DNA from: Mycobacterium sp.
GTDB taxonomy: Bacteria; Actinomycetota; Actinomycetes; Mycobacteriales; Mycobacteriaceae
DNA length: 64,000 bases
NCBI GenBank assembly: GCA_025966225.1
Contig: JAOPVI010000048.1
Location: 12,138-76,137 of the forward strand
Direction of reading: 5' to 3'
The notes below the pieces were generated by a model, which did not search any database, was not told where the DNA came from, and saw only the letters and a list, made by a program, of their open reading frames with translations. Position numbers and translations under genes: made by a program. Positions 1-10,970 of this stretch are shown one piece after another (position 1 is the first letter of the stretch; every line of letters begins with the position of its first letter).

Positions 1-1878
1 GTTTGTCGGACGGGACTCGGCCACCGAAGTCGTCGAACATGGTGAGCCGTGGGCGCTTCTTGACGTCGGCGAAGATGGCCGCGAGCTCGGCCCGGTGCAG
101 CGTTTCCTTCTCCAGCAGCTCGCCGGCAAGGGTATCGAGCACGTCGCGGTACTCGGTGAGGATGTCCCACGCCTCGGTGTGCGCGGCCTCGATGAGCTTG
201 CGCACCTCGTCGTCGATGATCTGTGCGACCTCGTGCGAATAGTCGGCCTGCGTGCCCATGGTGCGGCCGAGGAACGGGTCGCCGTGTTCGGTTCCGTACT
301 TGACGGCGCCCAGCTTCGAGCTCATGCCGTACTCGGTCACCATCGCCCTGGCGATCTTGGTGGCCTGGTCGATGTCGGAGACGGCACCGGTCGTGGGCTC
401 GCGGAACACGAGTTCCTCGGCGGCACGTCCACCCATCGCGAACACCAGCCGGGCGATCATCTCCGAGCGGGTCATCAACCCCTTGTCGTCCTCGGGGACG
501 GCGACCGCGTGACCACCCGTGCGCCCACGGGCCAGGATCGTCACCTTGTAGATGGGATCGATGTCGGGCATGGCCCAGGCCGCCAGGGTGTGGCCGCCTT
601 CGTGGTAGGCGGCGATCTTCTTCTCGTGCTCGCTGATGATGCGGCCCTTGCGACGGGGTCCGCCGACCACCCTGTCCACGGCCTCTTCGAGCGCGGCCGC
701 CGCGATGACGGTGCCGTTCTCGCGCGCGGTGAGCAGCGCGGCCTCGTTGATGACGTTGGCCAGGTCCGCTCCGGACATGCCCACGGTCCGCTTGGCCAGC
801 CCGTCGAGATCGGCGTCAGGCGCGATCGGCTTGCCCTGCGAATGCACCCGCAGCACTGCGCGTCGGCCCGCGATGTCGGGGTTCGACACTGGGATCTGCC
901 GGTCGAACCGGCCTGGGCGCAGAAGCGCGGGGTCGAGTATGTCGGGGCGATTGGTGGCCGCGATCAGGATGACGCCCTGGCGCTCGCCGAAGCCGTCCAT
1001 CTCGACGAGCAGCTGGTTCAACGTCTGCTCGCGTTCGTCGTGCCCGCCACCGAGGCCGGCACCGCGCTGGCGGCCGACGGCGTCGATCTCGTCGACGAAG
1101 ATGATGCAGGGGCTGTTCTGCTTGGCCTGCTCGAACATGTCCCTGACGCGCGACGCACCAACGCCGACGAACATCTCGACGAAGTCCGAACCCGAGATGG
1201 TGAAGAACGGAACCCCCGCTTCGCCTGCCACGGCGCGGGCGAGCAGCGTCTTGCCGGTGCCCGGCGGGCCGTAGAGCAGCACGCCCTTGGGAATCTTCGC
1301 GCCGAGCGCCTGGTACCGCGTCGGGTTCTGCAGGAAGTCCTTGATCTCGTAGAGCTCCTCGACCGCCTCGTCGACACAGGCGACGTCGGCGAAAGTGGTC
1401 TTGGGCAGGTCCTTGTTGAGCTGCTTGGCCTTCGACTTGCCGAAGCCGAAGCCCATCCTGCCGCCGCCGCCTTGCATGCGGGAGAACATCACGAACAACC
1501 CGACGAGCAAGAGCAACGGCAACATGTAGATGAGCAGCGAACCGATCACGCTGCCTTCGTTGACGATGGTGTTGGTCTTGGCGTTCTTGGCCGTCAGCGC
1601 ATTGAACAGATCCACCCCGTACCCAGTCGGGTACTTGGTGATGATCTTGTCGCTGTTCTCGGTGTCGCCGTTGCCGTTCTTCAGGTCGAGGCGGACCTGT
1701 TGTTCCCGATCGTCGAGCTGAGCGCTCTTGACGTTGTCGGAGCCGATCTGCGCCATCGCGACCGACGTGTCGACGGGCTTATAGCCGCGAGTGTCGTCAC
1801 TGAAGTAGAAGAAGGACCAACCAAGGAGCAGCACGACCGCGATCGCGGTGACAGTGCGGATGACGTTCTTTCGATTCA
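1..1878 (-). CDS. ftsH: ATP-dependent zinc metalloprotease FtsH (C-terminal end runs off the left edge of the window)
   Basis: Absent from the ORF track because its stop lies outside the window. Reverse-complement translation from ATG at 1878 gives [13 protein letters not shown]. Walker [16 protein letters not shown] is at about 1250-1295 and zinc site [11 protein letters not shown] at about 577-611. The 95..2011(+) ORF is its antisense shadow. Confidence 0.96.
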
Positions 1879-2315
1879 TCGTTGTCTTCGGCCAGCGAAT
1901 GGCTACGCAGGCCTGGTCCTTCCGGTACGCATGCTTAGTTCGTTCAGGTTACCGCTACCCCAACGTGCGACGGTTCCCGACGGCTCCCTGGGGGAACGAC
2001 CGTCTAGGTGATCGGTCTTGCGTGCCCGCACGCTGAGCAGAACCGATCCATCGGTGTCAGCGGGGCGTCGCAGCGCAGGCATTCCGATTCGACGGCTGGA
2101 CCTGTCGATTCGGGCTGTGGCGAGGAGGTGGCTGGGGTGGTCTGCGGCGCCCGTCGCCGGGCGATGGCTCCGACGACTTGCCGGGCCAAGAACCACCCGA
2201 GGAACCAGCCGACCGCGATGGCCGTGAAAATGCCCCAGAGGCCCCATGGGCTGACGATAATTCCGAACCACGAAGTGCACTTCGCGTTGGAGCGGCGCTG
2301 TGCTTGGCTGTGCCC

Positions 2316-3266
2316 GTGAGGGCTCCGACCGAACGGTTCATCGACACCAACGGCGTTCGGTTGCGGGTGCTCGAGGCGGGTGAGCGTGGGGCGCCTCTGA
2401 TCGTGCTGCTGCACGGATTCCCCGAGCTTGCCTGCACGTGGCGCCACCAGGTTCCCGCGCTCGCGCAGGCCGGCTACCACGTGCTGGCCCCCGACCAACG
2501 CGGCTACGGCGGGTCGACCAAACCGCATGACGTCGACGCCTACACCGTGGTCGAGTTGTCGGCCGACGTGGTCGGACTGCTCGACGACGTCGGCGCCGAC
2601 CGGGCGGTGCTCGTAGGCCACGACTTCGGCGGCGTGGTCGCGTGGGGCGCGCCGCTGCTGCATCCCGAACGCTTCGCAGGCGTGGTCGGCATCAGCTTTC
2701 CGCCGGTGCCGCGACCGCGCGTCCCGACCACTTCGGCCTTCCGTCGGATATTCGGCGAAGACTTCTTCTACATCCTCTACTTCCAGGAGCAGGGGCCCGC
2801 CGACGCGGAGCTGTCCCGCGACCCCGCCACGACGATGCGGCGCATCATGGCGCCTCTCGACCCGGCGGCCGAGGTGCGCGCGCCAGACGAGGGCTTCCTG
2901 GCCCGGATACCCGAGCCGGGGCACATCCCGCCGTGGCTGACGCAGGACGAATTCGACCACTACGTCGCGGAATTCAGCGAGCACGGCTTCACCGGCCCGC
3001 TGAACTGGTACCGCTGCTTCGACCGCAACTGGGAACTGACGGCTGACCCCGCCGCCCCCACGATCACCGCGCCCGCGCTGTTCATCGGCGGCTCCGCCGA
3101 CCCGACGTTGGCCTACACGCCGCGCGACCGAGTGCGCGAGCTCGTCACCGGGGACTACCGCGAGGTGATGATCGACGGCGGTCACTGGTTACCCGAGGAA
3201 CGGCCGGCCGGGGTCACCAAGGCCCTGCTGGAGTTCGTCGGCGGACTGAAGCTGCCGGATCTGTAG
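2316..3266 (+). CDS. ephA: alpha/beta-fold epoxide hydrolase (EphA-like)
   Basis: Lies in frame with ORF 2178..3266. GTG at 2316 gives VRAPTERFIDTNGVRLRV, matching the remembered EphA N-terminus. Contains HGFPELACTWRH and the nucleophile region VGHDFGGVVAW. Confidence 0.88.
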   Translation: MRAPTERFIDTNGVRLRVLEAGERGAPLIVLLHGFPELACTWRHQVPALAQAGYHVLAPDQRGYGGSTKPHDVDAYTVVELSADVVGLLDDVGADRAVLVGHDFGGVVAWGAPLLHPERFAGVVGISFPPVPRPRVPTTSAFRRIFGEDFFYILYFQEQGPADAELSRDPATTMRRIMAPLDPAAEVRAPDEGFLARIPEPGHIPPWLTQDEFDHYVAEFSEHGFTGPLNWYRCFDRNWELTADPAAPTITAPALFIGGSADPTLAYTPRDRVRELVTGDYREVMIDGGHWLPEERPAGVTKALLEFVGGLKLPDL

Positions 3267-3275
3267 GGTGCCTGT

Positions 3276-4013
3276 ATGCCGATCAGCGCGTGGGCAAAGT
3301 TGCCAACTCGATTCCTCGTCGTCGCCGCCGCGGGGCTGACCGTGGCCGGACTCGCGGCCTGCGACGCGAAGTCCGGGCCCGCGACTGCGGCCGAGGGCAG
3401 CGTGCGACAGGTCACCGTCGTCGGCGAGGGCAAGGTTCAGGGCACGCCCGACACCGTCACCGTCAGCGCGGCCATCGAGTCCATCGCACCCGATGCCAGC
3501 TCGGCGCTGAACCAGACCAACCAAAGCATGTCGGCGGTCACCGACGCGGTCGCCAACCAGGGCGTCGACCGCAAGGACATCAGCACCACGGGGATCACCC
3601 TTGCGCCCCAGTACGGCGACAACTCCGTCATCACCGGTTACCAGGCGAGCAATTCGATCGAAGTGAAGGTGCGCAAGCTCGACGCCGCGTCGCCGGCGAT
3701 CCTGGCGATTCAGAACGCAGGCGGCAACGCCACTCGCATCAACTCGGTGAACCTATCGATCGAGGACGATTCGCAGCTGGTGAAGGACGCCCGCGCAGGC
3801 GCGTTCAACGACGCCAAGAATCGCGCCGAGCAGTACGCACAATTGTCCGGGCTCGACCTTGGCAAGGTCAGCTCGATTACCGAGGCCGGGGCCAACGTCC
3901 CACCGCCAACGCCGATGCCCCGGTTCGACGCCACGGCCGCGGCCGGCGTGCCGATCTCGCCGGGCCAGCAGACCGTTGGTTTCTCGGTGACCGTGGTGTG
4001 GGAGCTGTCCTAG
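3276..4013 (+). CDS. lpqG: SIMPL/DUF541-family lipoprotein (LpqG-like)
   Basis: ORF of 245 aa with a signal peptide and lipobox VAGLAAC. The position after ephA matches the remembered Rv3623 synteny. Confidence 0.8.
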   Translation: MPISAWAKLPTRFLVVAAAGLTVAGLAACDAKSGPATAAEGSVRQVTVVGEGKVQGTPDTVTVSAAIESIAPDASSALNQTNQSMSAVTDAVANQGVDRKDISTTGITLAPQYGDNSVITGYQASNSIEVKVRKLDAASPAILAIQNAGGNATRINSVNLSIEDDSQLVKDARAGAFNDAKNRAEQYAQLSGLDLGKVSSITEAGANVPPPTPMPRFDATAAAGVPISPGQQTVGFSVTVVWELS

Positions 4014-4014
4014 C

Positions 4015-6240
4015 TCACGCCGGCGAGATCTGGACGGGAATCCCGTTCAGCACCGCAGTTCCCGACAACGGGTCGAGCGAGGCGCCGTCGTTGAGTTGAT
4101 TGACGTTGACGCCAGGCCGCCCGGCCGCCACCGATTGCCTGGCGCCCCGGCGGTCGTGACCCCAGCCGTGGGGCAGCGAGACGACCCCGCGCCGGATGGC
4201 CTCGGTGAGCTCGACGGGCGCCTCGAGTTCACCACCCGGACCCTTGATGCGCGCCTTGTCGGTCACCCCGAGTTCGGCTGCGTCGGCGGGGTGGATCTGC
4301 AGGGTGCACGTGTTGGAGCCGCCGTTCAGCGCGGGCACGTTGTGCATCCAGCTGTTGTTCGACCGCAGATGACGGCGGCCGACGAGCACGAAGCCGTCGG
4401 CCCCGCGGTCCAGCGACTCTCGCAGCCGCGCCACGTCGGAGACCAACGGCGCCGGTGCCAATTCGATCTTGCCCGACGGCGTCCTGAGCACCTCGGGGAT
4501 GCGCGGTGCAAGGGCTCCGAAGTCGATGCCGTGCGGCGCCCTCTTGAGCCGTTCGAGGGTGAGACCATCGGGGGTGCGCCCGAATCCGTCGCCATAGGGA
4601 CCGAGCCGCAACATCACGTCGAGTCGCCGCTCGTAGCCGCGGCCTGGCGGGATCATCGCGACCAGTTCCTCGGGATCGCGGCCCGCCACCGGCGAATCGG
4701 GGTCGGCGGTCTCCCTGGCGAGCGTCGTCGCGATGACCTGCTCGTCGACGAGGGCCGGGTCGGCAAAGGGTCCGAGGCCGTAGAGGATCAGCGCGAGCCG
4801 GGACAGGATCTCGGGTTCGTCGGGATACCCCGGCGGCAGCGGAACCGCCGGAGGCGAGTACCGCGCGTTGTTGCGCACCGGAGTGGCGCTGAGCGCGACA
4901 TCGAAGTGCGCGCTCTGCGACGGCTGAGGCGGCGGCAGGATGACGTCGGCGTGGCACGTCGTCTCGTTGAGGTAGGGGTCGACGCTCAGCATGAACCCGA
5001 CCTCGTGCAGGGCTCGGCTCAACCGGTCACCGTCCGGCGCCGAGAGCACCGGATTGCCCGCGACGGTGATGATCGCCCTCGGCTGATCGTCGCCGGGCGT
5101 CTCGAGTTCCTCTGACAGCGCGGCGACGGGCAGTTCGGAGAGCACCTCGGGGTGCCCGGAAACGCGGCTGTGCCATCGCCCGGTGCGGAAGCCGCGGCCC
5201 GGCTTGGGCGGACGCGGCGCCTGCGCGATGGGCGACAGCGGGAACATCGCACCCCCCGGACGGTCCAGGTTGCCCGTCAGAACGTTGATCACGTCGACGA
5301 GCCAGCTTCCAACGGAACCGAATTCGACCGTCGAGGTGCCCATCCGGCCGTAGACCGCCGCTGAGGACGCCGCCGCGAGTTCGCGGGCGAGTTCGCGGAT
5401 GGCCGCCGCAGCTATCCCGCAGTGCTCGGCGACGTACTCGGGGGCGAACCCCTCGGCCAGCGCGCGCACGTCATCGACGCCGACGACGTGAGCACCAAGG
5501 CCACCGAGGTCATCGGCCACCAGGCCTTCGTCGAACAGGGTGTGGACGATCGCGGACAACAGTGCGGCGTCGGTTCCGGGTCGCGGCGCGAGGTGGCGAT
5601 CGGCCAGTTCGGCCGTGCGGGTGCGCGCCGGGTCGATGACGACCAGTCGCCCGCCGCGCTTGCGCAGCGCCTTGAGCTTCCCGCCGAAGTCGGCGACGGT
5701 CGCCAGGCTCCCGTTGGAGACCAACGGATTCGCGCCGATCACGACCAGCAGGTCGGTGCGGTCGACGTCCGGCACGGTGAACGCCAGGGGGTTGCCGAAC
5801 ATCAGCCCGAGGGCGACGTGCTTGGGCATCTGATCGAGCGTGCTCGCGGAGAAGGTCAGGTGCGTTCCGAGGCCCTTGATGACGAGCGGCAGATAGAGCC
5901 CACCCGCGATGGTGTGCGCGTTGGGATTGCCGAGGTACACGGCGACCGACTGCCCGCCATGGTCGCGCAGCACGGCGCCCAGTCCGTCTGCGGCCGCCTG
6001 GAAGGCTTCGTCCCACGTCACCTCGACCAGTTCGCCGTCGCGCCGAATCAGCGGCGCCCGCAGGCGATCCGGATCACCGTCGAGTTCTCCGAAGCTGGCC
6101 CCCTTGGGACAGATGAAACCCCCACTGAAGACGTCCTCGCGGTCACCGCGGGCGGAGGTGACCCGGCCCGATTCGATGGTAAGCGTCAGGCCGCAGGTGG
6201 CCTCGCAGAACGGGCAGATGCGCAAGGCCGTCTCGGTCAC
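4015..6240 (-). CDS. molybdopterin-dependent oxidoreductase (formate dehydrogenase-like family)
   Basis: ORF of 741 aa with the N-terminal Fe-S cysteine cluster ICPFCEATCG...FICPKG. Length and composition are typical of MopB-superfamily enzymes. Its start lies 18 nt downstream of the hpt stop on the same strand. Confidence 0.85.
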   Translation of the reverse strand: MTETALRICPFCEATCGLTLTIESGRVTSARGDREDVFSGGFICPKGASFGELDGDPDRLRAPLIRRDGELVEVTWDEAFQAAADGLGAVLRDHGGQSVAVYLGNPNAHTIAGGLYLPLVIKGLGTHLTFSASTLDQMPKHVALGLMFGNPLAFTVPDVDRTDLLVVIGANPLVSNGSLATVADFGGKLKALRKRGGRLVVIDPARTRTAELADRHLAPRPGTDAALLSAIVHTLFDEGLVADDLGGLGAHVVGVDDVRALAEGFAPEYVAEHCGIAAAAIRELARELAAASSAAVYGRMGTSTVEFGSVGSWLVDVINVLTGNLDRPGGAMFPLSPIAQAPRPPKPGRGFRTGRWHSRVSGHPEVLSELPVAALSEELETPGDDQPRAIITVAGNPVLSAPDGDRLSRALHEVGFMLSVDPYLNETTCHADVILPPPQPSQSAHFDVALSATPVRNNARYSPPAVPLPPGYPDEPEILSRLALILYGLGPFADPALVDEQVIATTLARETADPDSPVAGRDPEELVAMIPPGRGYERRLDVMLRLGPYGDGFGRTPDGLTLERLKRAPHGIDFGALAPRIPEVLRTPSGKIELAPAPLVSDVARLRESLDRGADGFVLVGRRHLRSNNSWMHNVPALNGGSNTCTLQIHPADAAELGVTDKARIKGPGGELEAPVELTEAIRRGVVSLPHGWGHDRRGARQSVAAGRPGVNVNQLNDGASLDPLSGTAVLNGIPVQISPA

Positions 6241-6258
6241 GTCACGCCTCCCTTCTCC

Positions 6259-6879
6259 TCAGGGCTCCTCGTAGACCTTCGGGTCGAGAGTGCCGATGTA
6301 GGGCAGATCGCGGTAGCGCTCTGCGTAGTCGAGGCCGTAGCCGACGACGAACTCGTTGGGAATGTCGAACCCGATGTAGTCGATGTCGAGGTCGACGCGG
6401 ATGGCGTCGGGTTTGCGCAGCAGCGAGCACACCTTGAGCGACCGGGGATGCCGGGTGGCGAGGTTGCGGAGCAACCACTTCAGAGTCAGACCCGAGTCGA
6501 CGATGTCCTCGACGATCAGCACGTCGCGGTCGTTGATGTCGCGGTCGAGGTCCTTCAGGATGCGGACGACGCCGGACGACGACGTCGACGACCCGTAGGA
6601 ACTGACCGCCATGAACTCCAGCTGCGTGGGCAGCGGGATGGCCCGCGCGAGGTCGGTGACGAACATGACCGCGCCCTTGAGCACCGTGACCAGAAGAAGG
6701 TCCTGACCGTCGGCGACGGCGGCTCGGTAGTCCTCGCCGACCAGCATGCCCAACTCGGCGACGCGAGTCTGGATTTTGTCCTCGGACAGCAGCACCGACT
6801 TGATGTCGCCGGCGTAGAGCTCGGCGGCAGAATGCGCAGGCACGGCATCAGCGTGCCACGTCGGTGGCCCCTCGACCAA
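6259..6879 (-). CDS. hpt: hypoxanthine-guanine phosphoribosyltransferase
   Basis: PRPP-binding motif [14 protein letters not shown]. The ORF frame is 6259..6996, but the tilS stop is at 6891, so TTG at 6879 is the likely start; GTG at 6843 is an alternative. Confidence 0.9.
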   Translation of the reverse strand: MVEGPPTWHADAVPAHSAAELYAGDIKSVLLSEDKIQTRVAELGMLVGEDYRAAVADGQDLLLVTVLKGAVMFVTDLARAIPLPTQLEFMAVSSYGSSTSSSGVVRILKDLDRDINDRDVLIVEDIVDSGLTLKWLLRNLATRHPRSLKVCSLLRKPDAIRVDLDIDYIGFDIPNEFVVGYGLDYAERYRDLPYIGTLDPKVYEEP

Positions 6880-6890
6880 TACAGGTTCCG

Positions 6891-7853
6891 CTAGACCGAT
6901 TCGCGGGTCAGCGAGAGCCGACCGTCGCGGCGGCCCGCGAACAGTCGCTGGCCGGGAAACGCGGAGCCGACCGCCACGCCGCCCTGCCCGCGCCACGCCG
7001 TGACCAGCGTGTCGACGCCGCGAATGTGCTTGTCCGTCAACCCGGTGGCGCCGCCGGCAAGTAGCCAGCCCCGGATGACGCGACGTCGGATGGCGGCCGG
7101 CAGCGTCGCCAGCTCGGCGACGTCCAGTTCGTCATCGGAGGCAAGCTCGCGGAGCGCGGCCGCCGCTTGGCCGTCGAGCGCATCGGTGTCCTCCCGAAGG
7201 GCCGCCGCGGTGCGGGCGAGTGCTTCGGCCACTCCGCCGTCGAGGACGTCCTCCAGAAGCGGCAACACCTCGCCGCGCAGCCGGACCCGCGTGAAGCGGG
7301 GGTCGGTGTTGTGCGGGTCGTGCCACGGGGTCAAGCCGAGGTCCGCGCAAGCGGTGTGGGTGAGCGCCCTCCGCACGCCGAGGAGTGGTCGACACCACGG
7401 CGGATCGAATGGCCGCATGCCTGCGATCGACCGGGGACCCGATCCACGCCCGAGGCCCAGCAGGACCGTCTCGGCCTGGTCGTCCAAGGTGTGCGCGAGC
7501 AGCACCGGGGCACCGGCCCTGGCCCCATCGAGCGCGGCGTATCGGGCGGCGCGGGCGGCGCCCTCTGGGCCGCCGTCGGTGCCCACGTCGACGCGAAGGA
7601 CGAGGGCGTCGACGCAGCCCAGCTTCAGGGCCTGATCGCGGGCGCGGGCGGCGACGCGTTCGGAGTCGGCTTGCAGCCCGTGGTCGATGAGCAACGCGGT
7701 CGTGTCGCGCTCCTTGGCGGCCACCGCCGCAAGCGCAAGGGAGTCCGGGCCCCCCGACAGGGCCACGCACCACCGTCGTTCGCCGGGCACGTGGGTGCGG
7801 GCGAAGTCGGCGAGCGCCTTTGCCAGCGTCGCTACAGGACCCGGTCGATCCAT
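6891..7853 (-). CDS. tilS: tRNA(Ile)-lysidine synthase
   Basis: ORF of 320 aa with the PP-loop motif [11 protein letters not shown]. Position upstream of hpt matches mycobacterial synteny. Confidence 0.92.
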   Translation of the reverse strand: MDRPGPVATLAKALADFARTHVPGERRWCVALSGGPDSLALAAVAAKERDTTALLIDHGLQADSERVAARARDQALKLGCVDALVLRVDVGTDGGPEGAARAARYAALDGARAGAPVLLAHTLDDQAETVLLGLGRGSGPRSIAGMRPFDPPWCRPLLGVRRALTHTACADLGLTPWHDPHNTDPRFTRVRLRGEVLPLLEDVLDGGVAEALARTAAALREDTDALDGQAAAALRELASDDELDVAELATLPAAIRRRVIRGWLLAGGATGLTDKHIRGVDTLVTAWRGQGGVAVGSAFPGQRLFAGRRDGRLSLTRESV

Positions 7854-8890
7854 CGTCGTGGTTCGTCGACTTCCGTTGGCAGCGGCAGGGTTTCGGGGTT
7901 GGTCCAGACGGTGTTGAACTTCGCCATGCCCACCTCGGCCACCACGTGGTCGACGAAGGCCTTGCCGCGGGTGTACTGGCTGAGCTTGGCGTCGAACCCG
8001 AGCAGCGCCCGGATGACGCGCTGCAGCGGCGGCTGTTTGCGTTGGCGCCGCTCGTTGAACCTGCGCCTGATCGTGGCCACCGACGGCACCACCGCAGGCC
8101 CGACGGCGTCCATCACGTGATCGGCGTGCCCCTCGAGCAGAGTGCCGAGCACCAGCAGCTGATCGAGTGCCTTGCGCTGCGGCTCGGACTGGATGGCCCG
8201 CATGATACCGAGCACCCCTTCGGAATTCGGTTCTGGCGCAGCACCTTCACGGCGGTTTCGCACGAACTCGCCGAGCCTGCTGACCACCTGGGTGACGTCC
8301 TGTTCGGACTCGTCGGTGAGCACGGACAATGCGCGCGACATGTGTTCGGCCAGCCATGGATTGGCCCGGAACTGGACGCGGTGAGTGACCTCGTGCAGAC
8401 ACACCCACAACCTGAAATCGGCTGGCGACACCCGCAGCTGACGCTCGACGGCGATGATGTTCGGATAGACCAGCAGAAGCTCGCCACCGTTGACCGCGAA
8501 GGGGTCGTACTGCCCGAGGATGCCCGACGAGATGAAGGCCAGCACCGCGCCGGTCTGCGCACCCGTGACATGGCCGGTGAGGAAACCGCTTGACTTGCCC
8601 TCGCCGCCGCCCATCATGAGCCGCATGGATTCTGTTGCGGCCGTGACCCATTCGGCCCTGTCGATGATGCGTGCTTCCGTCACGGCGGCACCCTCGTTGA
8701 GCAATGTCACGTCGCGGACGGGGAATTCAGCGCTACGGCTGGACTCCGCAAGCTGCTCGAAGGCCTGCTGACGGGTGTATTCGGTGGTCGGCGGCCCCGG
8801 CCGGACGAGCTTGGAACCGACGGTGGCCGCGAAGCCCCAGTCGACGGTGCCTCCCACGGACGGACCAGAGGACGGGCTCACGATCCGCAC
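7832..8890 (-). CDS. zinc-dependent metalloprotease (Rv3626c-like, DUF2342-type)
   Basis: ORF of 352 aa with the HEVTH zinc motif. It overlaps the tilS start by 22 nt and the dacB stop by 13 nt, which suggests an operon. Confidence 0.82.
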   Translation of the reverse strand: MRIVSPSSGPSVGGTVDWGFAATVGSKLVRPGPPTTEYTRQQAFEQLAESSRSAEFPVRDVTLLNEGAAVTEARIIDRAEWVTAATESMRLMMGGGEGKSSGFLTGHVTGAQTGAVLAFISSGILGQYDPFAVNGGELLLVYPNIIAVERQLRVSPADFRLWVCLHEVTHRVQFRANPWLAEHMSRALSVLTDESEQDVTQVVSRLGEFVRNRREGAAPEPNSEGVLGIMRAIQSEPQRKALDQLLVLGTLLEGHADHVMDAVGPAVVPSVATIRRRFNERRQRKQPPLQRVIRALLGFDAKLSQYTRGKAFVDHVVAEVGMAKFNTVWTNPETLPLPTEVDEPRRWIDRVL

Positions 8891-10266
8891 CCGCAGCCGC
8901 GCAGGGTCGCGGCGAGTGCGTCGATCGCGGTGCGCCCCGTTGGACCGGCATTGTTCGAGATCAACGAGAAGGTCAGCACCCGCCCCCCAGCGTCGGTGAC
9001 GATGCCCGCCAAGGCGTTGGTCCCGGTCAACGAGCCCGTCTTGGCCCGAAGCAAGCCGGCCGCCGCCAAGCCCGCATCCGTGTCGAGGAACCGGTTGGAC
9101 AACGTTCCGCTACCTCCTGCGATCGGCAACAGGTCGAGTAGCGGCCGGAGCACGGGCGTCTCGTCGCCCGCTGCAGCGTTCACCACCCCGTCGAGCGTCA
9201 ACGCGGTCAGCCGGTCGTTCACCGACAGCCCACTGGAGTCGACGAGCGCCGCAGCGGCAGTGTCGATGCCGCCCTTGCGGAGTTGACCGAGCACCGCCTG
9301 CACACCGCCGTCGAAGCTCTGTGGACGGTCGACGGCCGCGGCCACCTCGCGCCCGATCGACTCGGCCATCACGTTGTCGGACTCGCTCATCATCTGCCTC
9401 AGCCGCTCGATCAGCGGCGGCGACTTCACCTCGGCGATCTGCTTCGCCGTGGCGGGAGTGGTCGGCAACACCGTGACGGTGGCCGGATTCGCGCCGAAGG
9501 CCACGGCCAGCGCACGGCCTGCGTCCAGCGCGGGGGTCGGGGAGCGCCGCGAGTCGACGCTGACCGGTTGCGTGCGCCCGGCGTCGAGCATCACCGATTC
9601 GATCGGGGCGATGTCGCCGTTCTCGATGTCGGTCGGATCCCACCCGGGCGCCATCGTGGGCCCGCTGAACGCGCTGGTGTCCACCTCGACGGTCGTGACG
9701 GCGACGCCGGCATCGCGCACCTGCTTGACCAGGTCGCTTATCCGCGCCGCACCCTTGTACCAAGTGGGCTGACCGGGTGCGGCCGCCGACAAAGTCGGGT
9801 CACCGCCGCCCTTGAGGATCAGCAGCCCAGGCGTATCCGGGTCGGTGAGCACCGTGGTGGACAGCGTCGCGTCGCGATCGAGCGTGAGCAACGCGGCGGC
9901 AGTGGTCAGCACCTTGTTGGTCGATGCGGGCTGCATCGGCACGTTGGCCCCTTGCGCCCAAAGCTGCGCACCGGTAAGCGCGTCGGTGACCCGTCCGGTG
10001 AGAATGCCCAGGTTCGGGTCGGCGACGAACGGCGCCAGCGTGGCTGCCAGCCGGTCCGGCGTCGGTGTCGGCGCGGAGTCCGCGAGCTCGGTGATGCCGG
10101 GTTGCGGGGTGGCGAGTGCGGGCTGCGGCTTGGCGGCCTGCGCCGCGCTGGTCGACTGGCCACCCGCGCCGACGACTGCAGCCACCGCGACGACCGCGGC
10201 GACGATGACGAGCACCGCCAAGCCGATCAACACATGGGTGGATCGGCGCCACGTCGTGGGCCGCAT
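8878..10266 (-). CDS. dacB: D-alanyl-D-alanine carboxypeptidase/endopeptidase (PBP4 family)
   Basis: ORF of 462 aa with an N-terminal TM or signal segment and the SxxK active site PASTNKVLT. Confidence 0.9.
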   Translation of the reverse strand: MRPTTWRRSTHVLIGLAVLVIVAAVVAVAAVVGAGGQSTSAAQAAKPQPALATPQPGITELADSAPTPTPDRLAATLAPFVADPNLGILTGRVTDALTGAQLWAQGANVPMQPASTNKVLTTAAALLTLDRDATLSTTVLTDPDTPGLLILKGGGDPTLSAAAPGQPTWYKGAARISDLVKQVRDAGVAVTTVEVDTSAFSGPTMAPGWDPTDIENGDIAPIESVMLDAGRTQPVSVDSRRSPTPALDAGRALAVAFGANPATVTVLPTTPATAKQIAEVKSPPLIERLRQMMSESDNVMAESIGREVAAAVDRPQSFDGGVQAVLGQLRKGGIDTAAAALVDSSGLSVNDRLTALTLDGVVNAAAGDETPVLRPLLDLLPIAGGSGTLSNRFLDTDAGLAAAGLLRAKTGSLTGTNALAGIVTDAGGRVLTFSLISNNAGPTGRTAIDALAATLRGCGCGS

Positions 10267-10389
10267 GACTCTCCCGGATTCGGGGGCTGCCGAACAGCCC
10301 GTCTAGGTCAGGGTATCGCTCGACTATGGTTGACCCGCGTCGTCACCCGACGACCCCAGACGCTTTGTAGACACTAAGGAGCCGCGGCG

Positions 10390-10878
10390 GTGCAGTTCGA
10401 CGTCGTCATCGAGATCCCCAAGGGTTCGCGCAACAAGTACGAGGTGGACCACGAGACGGGGCGCGTCAAGCTCGACCGCTACCTCTACACGGCGATGGGC
10501 TACCCGGCCGACTACGGGTTCTTCGAGAACACCCTCGGCGAGGACGGCGACCCGCTGGACGCGCTGGTGCTGCTGCCCGAGTCGGTCTTTCCCGGCGCCA
10601 TCGTCGAGGCCAGACCAGTTGCGATGTTCCAGATGACCGACGAGGCGGGCGGCGACGACAAGCTGCTGTGCGTGCCAGCAGGCGATCCGCGGTGGGACCA
10701 CGTCCAGGACCTCGCCGACGTGCCGCCGTTTGAGCTCGAGGCGATCAAGCACTTCTTCGTGCACTACAAGGACCTCGAACCGGGCAAGTTCGTGAAGGCC
10801 GCCGACTGGGCAGGCCGCGCGGAGGCCGAGGCCGAGGTCTACCGGTCGGTCGAACGGTTCAAGTCCTCCGGGCACTGA
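10390..10878 (+). CDS. ppa: inorganic pyrophosphatase
   Basis: ORF of 162 aa with a GTG start. Contains [12 protein letters not shown] and [10 protein letters not shown], typical of family I PPase. Confidence 0.96.
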   Translation: MQFDVVIEIPKGSRNKYEVDHETGRVKLDRYLYTAMGYPADYGFFENTLGEDGDPLDALVLLPESVFPGAIVEARPVAMFQMTDEAGGDDKLLCVPAGDPRWDHVQDLADVPPFELEAIKHFFVHYKDLEPGKFVKAADWAGRAEAEAEVYRSVERFKSSGH

Positions 10879-10970
10879 TGAGCGCTTGCGCGAAGAACAT
10901 CCGGCACTGAATTAGCACCGCCGTAACACTGGGTAACCTCAGCGTGCCTTAGGCCTTCGATCATGGGCTT

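Noticed and set aside
95-2011. 638-aa ORF on the plus strand
   Set aside because: It is the antisense shadow of ftsH, whose Walker A and HEGGH motifs read cleanly on the minus strand. The plus-strand product is low-complexity and rich in R/G/D/V/L, with no motifs.
2292-3185. Bulk of the 393-aa minus-strand ORF 2004..3185
   Set aside because: It is antisense to the well-supported ephA gene. Only its last ~95 codons (2004-2291), outside ephA, look protein-like; those are reported separately.
5422-6894. 490-aa plus-strand ORF
   Set aside because: Antisense to the molybdopterin oxidoreductase and hpt. Its composition is the typical high-GC antisense artefact.
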